Below, piece after piece: positions 25,603 to 35,409 of a DNA stretch of 64,000 nt. Where the stretch lies: contig OZ223209.1 in NCBI GenBank assembly GCA_965140415.1, forward strand, positions 1,376,001 through 1,440,000, in the 5' to 3' direction. The notes below the pieces were generated by a model. It made no database searches. It was not told where the DNA came from and was given only the letters and a program-made list of their open reading frames with translations. Numbering within the stretch: position 1 is the stretch's first letter; each line of letters begins with the position of its first letter. This DNA is from Myxococcota bacterium. GTDB taxonomy: Bacteria > Myxococcota_A > SURF-8. The translations under genes and the position numbers were made by a program.

Positions 25603-28215
25603 TTAGAAAGCTCCATGTTCGGTACGCGCGATAATTTCATCTTGAATTTCGCTTCCCAGATCCACGAAGTAGGTGCTGTATCCGCCGACCTTGACGATCA
25701 GATCCTGGTGCTTTTCGGGATTCGTTTTCGCTTCGCGCAATTGCTCCGTGGAAACGCAGGTAGGCTGTAGCTGTGCGCCTCCCATGTTGAAGTAGGTACG
25801 GATCAGTTGTATCCATTTGCGTTGCGTTTCTTCGGTTTCGCCGATTGCACTGGGGTGGAATTTCATGTTGACGGCGCTGCCCATGACATCGCCAAACGGC
25901 AGGGCAGCGACCGAGCGAAGTGCGGCTGTTGCGCCGAAACGCTCGACGTTATACGGATTGCAACTGGCCGCATAAGGAAGCGCCGCCTTGCGACCGTCCG
26001 GTCCGGCGATGGAAAGCCGCCCGTCGATGGTATGGGTAATCATGCTGATGACGTACACCACGAAAGGCCCGTTCCGGGTGGTGCGATACTTGTAGGTGAT
26101 ATCGAATAGGCGCTTGCATACGGTGGCCGCCAGTTCATCCGATTCCGGGTGCCCGTTTCCCCATTTGCCGGGAAGAGCTTTGATCTTTTTTGCAAGCTCT
26201 TCATAACCGACGAAGGAGTGATCCATGGCTTCTAAAAGTTCGCGCATGCTGCAAGCACTCTCTTCGTAAACCAGCTTTTTGATGGCATAGAGCGAATCGA
26301 CCATGTTGGCGATGGAGTTGATCATCGAAATACCAGCCAGATCGTAGGTCGCACCACCAGTAGTGACATCTTGCTTGGATTGCAGGCAGCCATCCATGAA
26401 AGCCGAGATGTAAGGTGCAGGTAGATAGCGAGAGAATAACGAATCGCGCAGGTTCGATCCATTGACGAGTTTTTCGATGAAAAATTCCGCCTGCTTGTAA
26501 AGTGCTTCCAGGAAGGATTCGAAATCCGGGAAGTCGTCGGGATCGCCCGTGCTGGGGCCTTCCTGCTTGATGATCCCAGCCAAAATCGCCGAGTCCCCGT
26601 TGCGCATGGTGATGTCGAGCAGCCGTGCCAGTTGCAGCGCATTGGCGCTCATGCTACCGGTTTTTCCGGGACAGGTCGCTTCGACACAACCCATGACAGC
26701 GTAGTTTCTCGCATCCTCTTCCAGAAAGCCTCTCTGAAGCATGGATTCGATATGCGTCGTGTCGTTGAACAGGGAATAACTGGACGTACCCTGCTTCAGG
26801 TAGTGGGCCACGGCTTGCAGAAGCTCGCTGGGCGTGTTGTCGTGAATGCGGATGGACACGTTGGTGATGGCCTTGGAATGGTGCGCCGCTTCGATGAAAA
26901 GATAGGTCAGCTCATTGGTTGCGTCCTGGCCGCTTTCGTCCACACCACCTAAGGTGATCGGGGATGATCCCAGAAAGCGGTGATAGAAATTACTTAAAAT
27001 GTTGGATTCGGGACGAATGTTCTGGCTCATGATTTTAAGTAGCAGCTCTTCCAATAACTCCAGGGCGTCCTGTTTCGATATGTCGCCGCTTTCGATGTCG
27101 CGCCGGTAATAGTCGATCAGGCTCTGATCCAAACGACCGAAGCAATGCAGATTGACCGGATGAGCCAGTTCCAGAGCGGTCTTGACCGTCCACAGCGACT
27201 GAACCGCCTGCCGGAAACTGCCGGCGGGTTCGAAGGGAACGTGGCGGCAGATGTTAAGCATGGTTTCAAGTTCGCGCTTGCGTTCGCTGTCGTTTTCCCG
27301 TTCCATTTCGTTCGCAAGCTTTTCTGCCAAGCGCTTGGAAAACACCTCGACGCCTTGCAGCGCAACAAGTTGCGACTCCAGTGCGGCTTTCTGTTCGGCT
27401 GTCAGATTCTTTTGATCCAGGGCCGCACGAAGGTTTTCAATCAATCCCTTTAATCCAAGGCGAAGGACGCTTTCGTAATCCGCAATGACGTGCCCCTGAT
27501 AGGTGGCGATGGTCGTACAGGTGGAAACCATTTGCACCTGCCGCGACGTGTTGCCCGGCAGCGCCACGGCGAAGTCGTGCATGTCCTTGGAGTACAAGCC
27601 GGATTTCAGCGTCTCCCGTTCCAGGTGATCGACCACGGTTTGGCCGTCCCAATACGGGAGAAGCTGGCTCAGTAACTCTTTTCGATCGTCTTTATTGATG
27701 TGATAGGGATTGATGTTTCGCTCGCCCATGGTTTTGAAATCCATGTTCAGCGGTTGCGATCCCGCCATTTTGGCGAGCTTCTGATTGCGCATGAAGTCAC
27801 TAAGGGTTCCCTTTTTCAGCATGTAGGAAAGCCCTTTGGCCATCGAACCGATTCTGAAACGGATCATGGAGGATTTAGTCAATTCAGCCTGAAAGACCTT
27901 GTTGAACACGCCGCGCTCGATGTCGATGGGAACGCCAAGGAAGAATTCGGTCCAGCTACCGGCTATGCGTTCGTCCCGGTCGAGGTAGATCGTCATGTTT
28001 TCGAAAACGTGCTTCATTGCATGGGCCACGCGCAGAGGTAGCGGCATTCCCGAGTTTTCCGTTTGCTGCCAGCTTTGCGTGTAGTAGCGGGCGCGTTCGA
28101 CGGAAATCATGGCGGGTCCGAACTGGTAGCGATGCTTCATCCTGGCGATGCGGCTATCCGGTTCGTTTAGGTAGCGATCCGTTTCTGCTGATAGCTGATG
28201 TGTGGTTTCCAACAC
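25603..28215 (-). CDS. Glycyl-radical enzyme (PFL2/eliminase-like, divergent)
   Basis: ERA..T, GRLDQ, TLGG, DATNELT, Cys loop GCVE, KWGN, PDGR, Gly loop IVKVGGYSTYF, QDEIIART. Confidence 0.95.
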   Translation of the reverse strand: MLETTHQLSAETDRYLNEPDSRIARMKHRYQFGPAMISVERARYYTQSWQQTENSGMPLPLRVAHAMKHVFENMTIYLDRDERIAGSWTEFFLGVPIDIERGVFNKVFQAELTKSSMIRFRIGSMAKGLSYMLKKGTLSDFMRNQKLAKMAGSQPLNMDFKTMGERNINPYHINKDDRKELLSQLLPYWDGQTVVDHLERETLKSGLYSKDMHDFAVALPGNTSRQVQMVSTCTTIATYQGHVIADYESVLRLGLKGLIENLRAALDQKNLTAEQKAALESQLVALQGVEVFSKRLAEKLANEMERENDSERKRELETMLNICRHVPFEPAGSFRQAVQSLWTVKTALELAHPVNLHCFGRLDQSLIDYYRRDIESGDISKQDALELLEELLLKIMSQNIRPESNILSNFYHRFLGSSPITLGGVDESGQDATNELTYLFIEAAHHSKAITNVSIRIHDNTPSELLQAVAHYLKQGTSSYSLFNDTTHIESMLQRGFLEEDARNYAVMGCVEATCPGKTGSMSANALQLARLLDITMRNGDSAILAGIIKQEGPSTGDPDDFPDFESFLEALYKQAEFFIEKLVNGSNLRDSLFSRYLPAPYISAFMDGCLQSKQDVTTGGATYDLAGISMINSIANMVDSLYAIKKLVYEESACSMRELLEAMDHSFVGYEELAKKIKALPGKWGNGHPESDELAATVCKRLFDITYKYRTTRNGPFVVYVISMITHTIDGRLSIAGPDGRKAALPYAASCNPYNVERFGATAALRSVAALPFGDVMGSAVNMKFHPSAIGETEETQRKWIQLIRTYFNMGGAQLQPTCVSTEQLREAKTNPEKHQDLIVKVGGYSTYFVDLGSEIQDEIIARTEHGAF

Positions 28216-28225
28216 GTCCTCGCTT

Positions 28226-28840
28226 TCACTTTTCCGGCGGTCCGTTCTCGACGGAATCGATCAGTACGTTTGCAAGCCAGCTTAAATGCAGCTTGCGCTC
28301 TTTGACCAACGCCTTTGACATCGGGTCTTTATTGAGCAGGCGGCTGAGCAACTCGTCGTAGGTGAAATAGCTGATGATCGCGCCGTAATAGCTGACGAGT
28401 AGATGCTCGGCAGCGGTTTCTCCCTTTTTCGTCTTCGGGTAGACGTCTTTTAGCGCCCGGATTCCGAGATCGAAGAGCGGGGTCATATGCGTGGCGATAC
28501 GATCCAGGTGAGCGCCCCCGGCGGCTTCCCGCTGGACGATGCGCCCGAAATTCCGATTCTCGATTAGGAAATCGACGTACGCATCGATCAGGGTTTGCAG
28601 GCGCTCGCGTAAGGTGACGTCCTGGGAAAGGGTGCTTTGCAACTGTTGACCTAGTTTCACGTAGTATCGGTCCAGTAGTTCGGTTAAAAGCCCCTGCTTG
28701 CTTTGAAAGTGGTAATGGATCAATGCCTTGTTCACGTTCGCACGTTCCGCAATTTCGCGGGTGGTTGTGGCATCGAAACCGATTTCACCGAACAGTTCAT
28801 CCGCTGCTTCAAGAATTTTCTCTTTTGCATTCGTACTCAT
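28226..28840 (-). CDS. TetR/AcrR-family transcriptional regulator
   Basis: KILEAADELF..GFDATTTREIAERANVNKALIHYHFQSK helix-turn-helix. Confidence 0.95.
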   Translation of the reverse strand: MSTNAKEKILEAADELFGEIGFDATTTREIAERANVNKALIHYHFQSKQGLLTELLDRYYVKLGQQLQSTLSQDVTLRERLQTLIDAYVDFLIENRNFGRIVQREAAGGAHLDRIATHMTPLFDLGIRALKDVYPKTKKGETAAEHLLVSYYGAIISYFTYDELLSRLLNKDPMSKALVKERKLHLSWLANVLIDSVENGPPEK

Positions 28841-28871
28841 AATCGACTCGCTCTATGAATGTGTGCGTGAA

Positions 28872-28927
28872 AATTAACCGGTCGCCCAATTAATTTCAAT
28901 TATCAGCATACCGCAGGGAATTGTCAA
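28872..28927 (-). promoter_or_regulatory. Sigma70-like promoter with a candidate TetR operator
   Basis: Minus strand TTGACA (28927-28922), 17 bp, GATAAT (28904-28899); imperfect palindrome aattaaccggtcgcccaatt at 28872-28891. Confidence 0.55.
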
Positions 28928-29146
28928 GTCTATTCGTAAAAGGAAAAAATCAGCGAATTTGGCGGCGGTTACAAAGAAGAAATACCCTAGCCTTACGCTA
29001 CTGAAGATTGCGAAAAATCTCGTGTAGTGATGCAGCTACACACGGCCTCCCGGAATTTTCATTCCGTGAGACCATGGCACAGCTCCGATTGTTTGTCACG
29101 CGAGAAAGAAGGCGCTCCGGCAATGATCGATGCCTAAACCGGTTGG

Positions 29147-30571
29147 CTATGGTTCCAATTTTCCCGGATTCAGGATGCGATTCGGATCGAGCAGGTTTTT
29201 TACGCCCTCGATGACGTCGAGCATGGCTGGGTTGATCTTTTCGGCCATGCGCTTCCAGGCCCAGCTTGGCGTTTTGTACATCAGGAAACCCTTTTCGCTG
29301 AGCATGGTAAGCAATTCGCTGTTCAGCGCTTTGATGGCCTCGACTTCCTTTTCGTTCTTCTTGTCGAAAATGGCGATGAAGCGCAGAACGCCGAAGTGAC
29401 CGCCGCGCATGGGGCGGGAAACGATGATCGGTGGGAAACCATGGCGTGTCATGATTTCGATGCCCGCCTCTGCGCCTTCCTGAAATTTGGACAGGGGACC
29501 GTAGGTGCCGATCCAGGTCAAGCCGCCGCCGCCGTGGTCGGTGAGAAAATCCAGGTCCGTCGGGAATTCCGCGAACTTGTTCATCTTCGGGTTCACCTTG
29601 ACCAGCGTTTCGATATCCAGTGGGTCTTCGTAGCGTTCGCCATCTGCCCGTAACTCGTGGATGACGGAAAGCAGAATCTTCTCTTTGACCTTCATTTCTT
29701 CTTCGATCTCCGCCGTCAGATCGATGTAGAGGAAAAACTGCGGTTCGCCTTCGGAGGGGACCGGATGCGGTCGCTTGACGCCCATCATCATCTTGCCCGA
29801 AGGCCAGCTCAGTCCGCCGATGTCATCGCAGATTTCTTTTTTGACAAGTCGCCGCATGGCGCGATAGGTCGCCTGGGGATCGTAGGTCAAAATAAAGAGC
29901 CGCTTATTCAACGGATGGGCGGGCCAGAGCTGGAAGGCCATTTTGACGGCAACGCCCGTGGTGCCCTGCCAGCCGATGAACAAGCCGGTCAGATCTGGAA
30001 AAGGCACGAGTCCGAATGGTGTTGTGTTTTGATGCGCCCAGGCACCGGTTTTTAAGATGTCGCCATTGGGCATAACGACTTCCAGCCCGGAAATCCAGTC
30101 CGACTGATCACCGTATTTCAGCGAGCGGTTGGTCAAGCCGCCCAGCAAAGCATTGGCGAAAATCGAGGTGTTCGGCGGCGCCAGAGAATATCCCAATGTC
30201 AACGGCAGGTCGTGTTCGATGAGATAATCTTTGATGATCTGCTGGGTGACACCGGGCTCGATGATGGCGTACATGTCGTCTACGTTGACTTCCAGCACCC
30301 GATTCATGCGTGTCATGTCGAGCACCACACCGCCGCGCTCGGGGATGGTCAGCCCTCCGACATTGGTGCCGTAGGCACGCGGGGTAAGTGGCATTTTCAA
30401 CTCGTTGGCATGGGCGACGATTTTCCGTACCTGTTCCGCATTATCCACCATGGCCACAAATTGAGGATCGTGGGCGGGGGCCTCGGTAAAGTCCTCGCGA
30501 TATTTCGCGATGTCGTCCGTTTGTGTGAGCACATTTTCAGCGCCGAGCAGATCGATTAAAAATTGTTTCAC
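29147..30571 (-). CDS. FAD-linked oxidoreductase (VAO/PCMH family; GlcD-like)
   Basis: GTNVGG, LDMTRMNRVLEV, EPGVT, GLEVVMPNG, GWQGTTG, C-terminal LDPNRILNPGK. Confidence 0.9.
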   Translation of the reverse strand: MKQFLIDLLGAENVLTQTDDIAKYREDFTEAPAHDPQFVAMVDNAEQVRKIVAHANELKMPLTPRAYGTNVGGLTIPERGGVVLDMTRMNRVLEVNVDDMYAIIEPGVTQQIIKDYLIEHDLPLTLGYSLAPPNTSIFANALLGGLTNRSLKYGDQSDWISGLEVVMPNGDILKTGAWAHQNTTPFGLVPFPDLTGLFIGWQGTTGVAVKMAFQLWPAHPLNKRLFILTYDPQATYRAMRRLVKKEICDDIGGLSWPSGKMMMGVKRPHPVPSEGEPQFFLYIDLTAEIEEEMKVKEKILLSVIHELRADGERYEDPLDIETLVKVNPKMNKFAEFPTDLDFLTDHGGGGLTWIGTYGPLSKFQEGAEAGIEIMTRHGFPPIIVSRPMRGGHFGVLRFIAIFDKKNEKEVEAIKALNSELLTMLSEKGFLMYKTPSWAWKRMAEKINPAMLDVIEGVKNLLDPNRILNPGKLEP

Positions 30572-30640
30572 GGTATTGCTCTCCTTGATCGTCTGGTAAG
30601 AGATGGAATGCCTTTGTAAATTGAATCGATCGAAGCTGCA

Positions 30641-31012
30641 TCAGGTAGTAATCAAAGGCAGCATTTTCAGCAGGGCAAACGGATTGCCGCCGATCTTCAG
30701 CTTCCCGGCCATAAAGGGTGCGACCATTCCCGCTCCTGTGACTACACCGAGCAGTGAGGTCATGGTGCCGGCTACTCGTGCTTTGGATTGGCCCGTATCG
30801 CCGCGAATGATCGTCAGTTGACCGTCGGCAAAGCGCAGCGTGACCGACATATCCGCTGCCTTTACCAGGATGTCTCCGCTCATCGAGCAGGCGCGCGCGT
30901 ACTTGTGCTCGTCGGCGAGATTGTTGGAGAGCAGCCCGTGCATCAAAAGGCCAAGGATGCTCATTTTTTCCGGTTCCGCAAGGACCACCCGCTCATTGAC
31001 ATCTCGTTGCAT
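30641..31012 (-). CDS. SCP2 sterol/lipid-binding domain protein
   Basis: 123 aa; C-terminal FMAGKLKIGGN typical of SCP2. Confidence 0.7.
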   Translation of the reverse strand: MQRDVNERVVLAEPEKMSILGLLMHGLLSNNLADEHKYARACSMSGDILVKAADMSVTLRFADGQLTIIRGDTGQSKARVAGTMTSLLGVVTGAGMVAPFMAGKLKIGGNPFALLKMLPLITT

Positions 31013-31035
31013 GTTGTTCCCTCGATTTCATCATG

Positions 31036-33180
31036 TTATCTGGATAGTGACGTTCTACAGTCGATTCCCTCCACAAAACAAGGGCCGTCGTTGCAGTGCA
31101 TCACGATGCGTCCCTCCTCACCCTTGGCGAAATAGTCGGCAACCTGTTGGTATACTTCCTCGTTGCAGCGCAGGGCATGATGCGCGCCGTTATCGAAAGT
31201 ATCTGCGTTACTGTAACTGGGTTCCTCTTTGCCGGCGTCGTAGAGCACCATACCGGAACTTCCTGCTTGCGTTGGAGTTGAGATGGTCGCGGTCGCGCCG
31301 AAGATTTCATGCGTGCTCGGCAATACGAGAGGAATGTCCGCAGAGCGTAAGAGGGCATATGCGCCGAAATCGGGGGCGTTGGCATCGTGATAGGAAACCT
31401 GCCAAAGCAGATTCTTTTCGGATTTTCCGTCTAGACGGGATATTAAGAAACGCTCTCGCCAGTTGATGGGGTCGATGGGGTCCAGTGCTCGCTGGACCAG
31501 GGCGAGAATGATCTGCTGATGAATGGGATTCGGTTGAAAGATTTCCAGCATCGCCTGAAAATCCGTGAATTCGGCGGAATGCTGCAATAACGAGGAAAAC
31601 ATGGCGCTGGGCACGTGCAATACCGCCGTGCCGATATCTTCCGACAATGCAATACCGACTGCACCGGCTATGGCTCCCAGGCTGATTCCGAAGTAATAGG
31701 TTCGATTCGGATCGATCAGGGAATCGCCTGCACTGTTCAAAAGCAAAGGATCTTGCTTCAAGGTGGTATTGACGAAGTCCGCCATGCGGTCGTAATCGAG
31801 CATGCCTTGAATCAGGCTGTCGTGCAGCATCCACATGCGGTCGAAGGTTTGCAGGATCGTGACGATGTCGCCAAGGTCCGCAGTGGCCATGCCTTTGAAG
31901 TCCGCACCAATGGCAAACACGCCCAGCTCATCAGCCATTTCCAAGGTGCCGTTTTCGTCGCGATCCGTCATGATATAGCGCCAGGCGGCGGACATCAGCC
32001 CGTGACCGACGAGCATGGTGGGGACGGAGGCGCTTGCACTCTGGCGCGTGGAAACGGGTAAGGCGGCGGCAATGGCCACTCGTTCGTTTTGCTGGAAAAC
32101 GGGAGAGCCGTTCTGCCAGTTCATGACGCCGTTTTCCATGAGATAGCTGGGTAACAGGACCGATCCTTCCATGCGACGCCATATGCTTTGATGCAGGTCG
32201 GGATTTTCCGAGCAGTTAAAGGTTTCCCGATCCGCTAGATCGGCAGCGATGCAGGTGGTTTCGTACTCCAAATCACTTGTTGCGGTTTGTTTGCGTACGG
32301 CGTCTAGAGCGGCCAGCAGTGGTGCTTCGGCAAAGTCTCTGCTCATGGTGATGAATTCCCAGGCAAGCACAATCGAGCTTTTCTCTACATCGTTTGTTTG
32401 CAGGAATTCGAAAAGATCCTCATAGTCGCTGAGCTGGGATTCGATCTGGTTGCTGTCCGTCGGATTGCCGTCTAACAGAGCCTGCATGGCGTGTGGAATC
32501 GGTAATGCATCACCCGTGTCGGTTTTAACTTTGTCTGTGACCACCACAGCGTATCGATGACTCCAGCGCAAGGCTTGCTGAGGTCGGATGATCATGCTGC
32601 GCTGCTCGTCAATCCAAGTACCGGACGCATCACGCGCGTAGTTGTCCATCTCGGCCCAGACCGGAATCCGTTCGCCCGTTTCCCGGTCGAGAATCTGAAC
32701 CGACGAATTCATCGTAACACTTTCGGCGAGAGTATGCAGCGAAGGCAAGCTACTTTCATCGACGTGCACATCGGGGAAAATCGCCAGAATCGGACTAGCT
32801 ATGGAGAAGCCGTCGGCAGCGTTGAAGCGTTGCAGGAAGTAGTCCCGGCCTTCCTTTGAACTTACTTCAAAGGGCAGCATTTCGGGAGTCAAGGCGACCC
32901 TGTAGCCGGTTGGGGACGTCTGCTCGGTTTGTAGTTGCGCCATCGACGGATAGGGGTACATGCAGACTTCGGAAATCAAGTGGGCGCAACCGGCTTCGGT
33001 GGAAAGAGTGACGATCTCTTTTTCCGTATCCGATTCGCTAGCGTATTCCAACTCGTTATCGCCATCGGTAGCTGTATCCTCCGGGTCGCTTTGACAGGCG
33101 CAAACAACCAGCAGAAAACAAGCTATGATTGACAGCGATAGCAAAGCAGATTTCAATTTTAGGCGCGTATTTTCGTTCAC
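31036..33180 (-). CDS. Lipase-like lipoprotein (Ig-like N-terminal region plus alpha/beta hydrolase)
   Basis: GTG start at 33180 overlapping the upstream stop; lipobox VCAC; PYPS, DGFS, IIRP..L, HGL, nucleophile elbow GISLG, DP motif, late His. Confidence 0.75.
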   Translation of the reverse strand: MNENTRLKLKSALLSLSIIACFLLVVCACQSDPEDTATDGDNELEYASESDTEKEIVTLSTEAGCAHLISEVCMYPYPSMAQLQTEQTSPTGYRVALTPEMLPFEVSSKEGRDYFLQRFNAADGFSIASPILAIFPDVHVDESSLPSLHTLAESVTMNSSVQILDRETGERIPVWAEMDNYARDASGTWIDEQRSMIIRPQQALRWSHRYAVVVTDKVKTDTGDALPIPHAMQALLDGNPTDSNQIESQLSDYEDLFEFLQTNDVEKSSIVLAWEFITMSRDFAEAPLLAALDAVRKQTATSDLEYETTCIAADLADRETFNCSENPDLHQSIWRRMEGSVLLPSYLMENGVMNWQNGSPVFQQNERVAIAAALPVSTRQSASASVPTMLVGHGLMSAAWRYIMTDRDENGTLEMADELGVFAIGADFKGMATADLGDIVTILQTFDRMWMLHDSLIQGMLDYDRMADFVNTTLKQDPLLLNSAGDSLIDPNRTYYFGISLGAIAGAVGIALSEDIGTAVLHVPSAMFSSLLQHSAEFTDFQAMLEIFQPNPIHQQIILALVQRALDPIDPINWRERFLISRLDGKSEKNLLWQVSYHDANAPDFGAYALLRSADIPLVLPSTHEIFGATATISTPTQAGSSGMVLYDAGKEEPSYSNADTFDNGAHHALRCNEEVYQQVADYFAKGEEGRIVMHCNDGPCFVEGIDCRTSLSR

Positions 33181-34355
33181 GGTTTTACATCCATTCGGTT
33201 TTGCAGATACCACAAGGCATACAGAAACTGGAAATTGCAGCCGGAGCAGTAAAATTCGGGATCTTCGGGGAGCGCCACTCTTCCGTCCATCCAATGGTGC
33301 AGGATGCGGCCTTCTTCCGGCTCATACAGATAATCGCGCACGAACAGTATGATGGATTCGATTTCGGAGAGATACGATGTGTCTTCTGTGATTTCGATCA
33401 GCATCATCAGCGCCAGAATCGTATAGTTCATGCTGGACAGGGTGGTGTAATTGTCGGTGGTGGCCCCCATGTGTTTGGCGCTGTAGGGACTGTGGTAGCG
33501 ATTTCCCTCCGGGTCTTTCAAGTCTTGAATTGCCTGGTAAAGCAACAGGCTGCGGGTTTTGTAAGCTTCCTTTTCCGTCAGCTTATAGGCGATGCAATGG
33601 GAAAGCATCATCATGATATTCGGATAGAGATAGAGAGCTTCCGTGTCCGAGTTGAAGCGATAGTAGTTTCCCATGAAGGCTTTTTCATTGATGGTAACCA
33701 TGATGCCTTCTGCAAAGTCGATCCGCTCCTGCTTGCGTGGCGTGTCGAGCATTTCCGCATAGCGCAGATTGATTAAAACCAGCACACCCGCAATGGTTGT
33801 AGGACCGTAAGTTGACAGCGCATACGAGCCGATATCGAGTTCGATATACGTACCGAAAGAGGTCAGCGTATCGTTGGCGAGATCGAGGAATTCATCGACG
33901 GTGGCCAGCGGTGCGGTGTCTCCGGTGACGTACATGTATTCGATGAGCCCCAGTTCGGCCATCATCAGTTCTTCCAGGTTGTCGATGAAGCCAACGAAGT
34001 CGTCTTTGCTGTCGTTAATGATCGTGATGTTACGATCCTTGACTTCGGTCGCCCGAGCGATGTAATCCTCCCTGGATTCGCTGGTACCGGCATTGATGTA
34101 GTAGGCCAGACCGTAATAGGCGGCATCTCCGAAATCCAGAGTCCAGTCTCCGGATTCGATCGGATAGGACCAGGCGCTATCCCGCAGTTCCATATAGAAG
34201 GCTTCGATTTCCGAGGGTTGGTAATCCTCGGATTCATTTTCGACGTCTCCATCGGGCAGGCTTATCGTATCGTCAGAACTCGAACAGGAAAAGACCAACA
34301 TGATTGTGCATGGAATCAGCCAGCAAATGAAAACTTTTGAAAGCGACAAAAACAT
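33177..34355 (-). CDS. Lipoprotein with probable (alpha/alpha)6 toroid fold (GH76/AGE-like), function unknown
   Basis: RBS plus ATG at 34355; lipobox VFSC; DGD motif after Cys; helical repeats with aromatic/acidic motifs. Fold call is tentative. Confidence 0.5.
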   Translation of the reverse strand: MFLSLSKVFICWLIPCTIMLVFSCSSSDDTISLPDGDVENESEDYQPSEIEAFYMELRDSAWSYPIESGDWTLDFGDAAYYGLAYYINAGTSESREDYIARATEVKDRNITIINDSKDDFVGFIDNLEELMMAELGLIEYMYVTGDTAPLATVDEFLDLANDTLTSFGTYIELDIGSYALSTYGPTTIAGVLVLINLRYAEMLDTPRKQERIDFAEGIMVTINEKAFMGNYYRFNSDTEALYLYPNIMMMLSHCIAYKLTEKEAYKTRSLLLYQAIQDLKDPEGNRYHSPYSAKHMGATTDNYTTLSSMNYTILALMMLIEITEDTSYLSEIESIILFVRDYLYEPEEGRILHHWMDGRVALPEDPEFYCSGCNFQFLYALWYLQNRMDVKP

Positions 34356-34386
34356 GCTCTTTCTCCATTTTCCTAGGCGATTGCAA

Positions 34387-35208
34387 TCACTCATCCTTTT
34401 CTTTGAGATCACCGATCATTTTCATGCCACGTCTGGCTCCCCACAGTCGAACCGACAGGGGAATCCATTTTAAGAACCAGATTCCAAGCGCGTTCATAAA
34501 ACCCGTGATAATCGTACGGCGCCTGGTTGCCATGGCGTTCAGGGCGATTTCAGCAACCCGCTGCGAAGGCATCATGGCGAGTGATACGGCGGATGAAAGC
34601 CGATATCCGGCAGTGGACCAGAACTCGGATTCCGTAGCACCTGGATGCACCACGGTGACGTTCACCCCTGTACCCTGTAGTTCGCAGCCGAGGGCCTGTC
34701 CGAAACTGGTGACAAACGCCTTGGACGCGCCGTAGGCGGCGAAGCCGGGCATCGGTGAATAGGCGACACCGGAGGAGATCAGTAGCACGTCGCCAGAGCT
34801 GTTTCGAATCATACTGGGAAGGAGAAGGTGAGTCAGCACGGTGAGCGTCATCACGTTCAGTTGAAGCATGGCCTGGATGCGCGGCCAGTCGCAGTCTATG
34901 AAATCGCCGCCGATTCCCACTCCCGCATTGTTGACCAGCAGATCCACGCTTTTCTCAAGCGTTTCGATTCGTTCGACAAGGCGCTCGGCTGCGTCGTAGT
35001 CGGCCAGATCCGCAGCAAGCACATGAATTTGAATGCCATGCTTTTCCGCAAGATCGTTTGCGAGCTTCGTCAGCAGTTCTTCGCGCCTGGCGACCAGAAT
35101 CAGGTTACAGCCCGCAGCGGCGAGCAGGCAGGTCATATCCAGTCCAATACCCGAACTGGCCCCTGTAACCAGAGCGGTTTTACCTTTCCACTTCGCAAGA
35201 CGGTCCAT
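34387..35208 (-). CDS. Short-chain dehydrogenase/reductase
   Basis: TGASSGIG, VARR, NNAG, YGASK, HPG.T. Confidence 0.93.
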   Translation of the reverse strand: MDRLAKWKGKTALVTGASSGIGLDMTCLLAAAGCNLILVARREELLTKLANDLAEKHGIQIHVLAADLADYDAAERLVERIETLEKSVDLLVNNAGVGIGGDFIDCDWPRIQAMLQLNVMTLTVLTHLLLPSMIRNSSGDVLLISSGVAYSPMPGFAAYGASKAFVTSFGQALGCELQGTGVNVTVVHPGATESEFWSTAGYRLSSAVSLAMMPSQRVAEIALNAMATRRRTIITGFMNALGIWFLKWIPLSVRLWGARRGMKMIGDLKEKDE

Positions 35209-35409
35209 CTGCGGCCTCCAGTGCTAGTGGGTATCGATTTCGATATTGCGGCTGTTCAATACACGGATCATACCGCAAACTCAGCCGTTTACAAGAAAAT
35301 TCCCAAGCAGTTCCAAATTGCTGCAAAGAATAGTAATCTTACAAGTGCTGTTATGGAATGGGTTGATGGGAGATGTTTTTGGGAAAACACACTTAGACCC
35401 TATAAGGTT

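Noticed and set aside
25603-28215. Calling the GRE pflB, cutC, hypD or bssA
   Set aside because: No adjacent Cys-Cys of PFL, no small subunits or microcompartment genes, and pocket segments do not match those classes as far as I can judge by eye.
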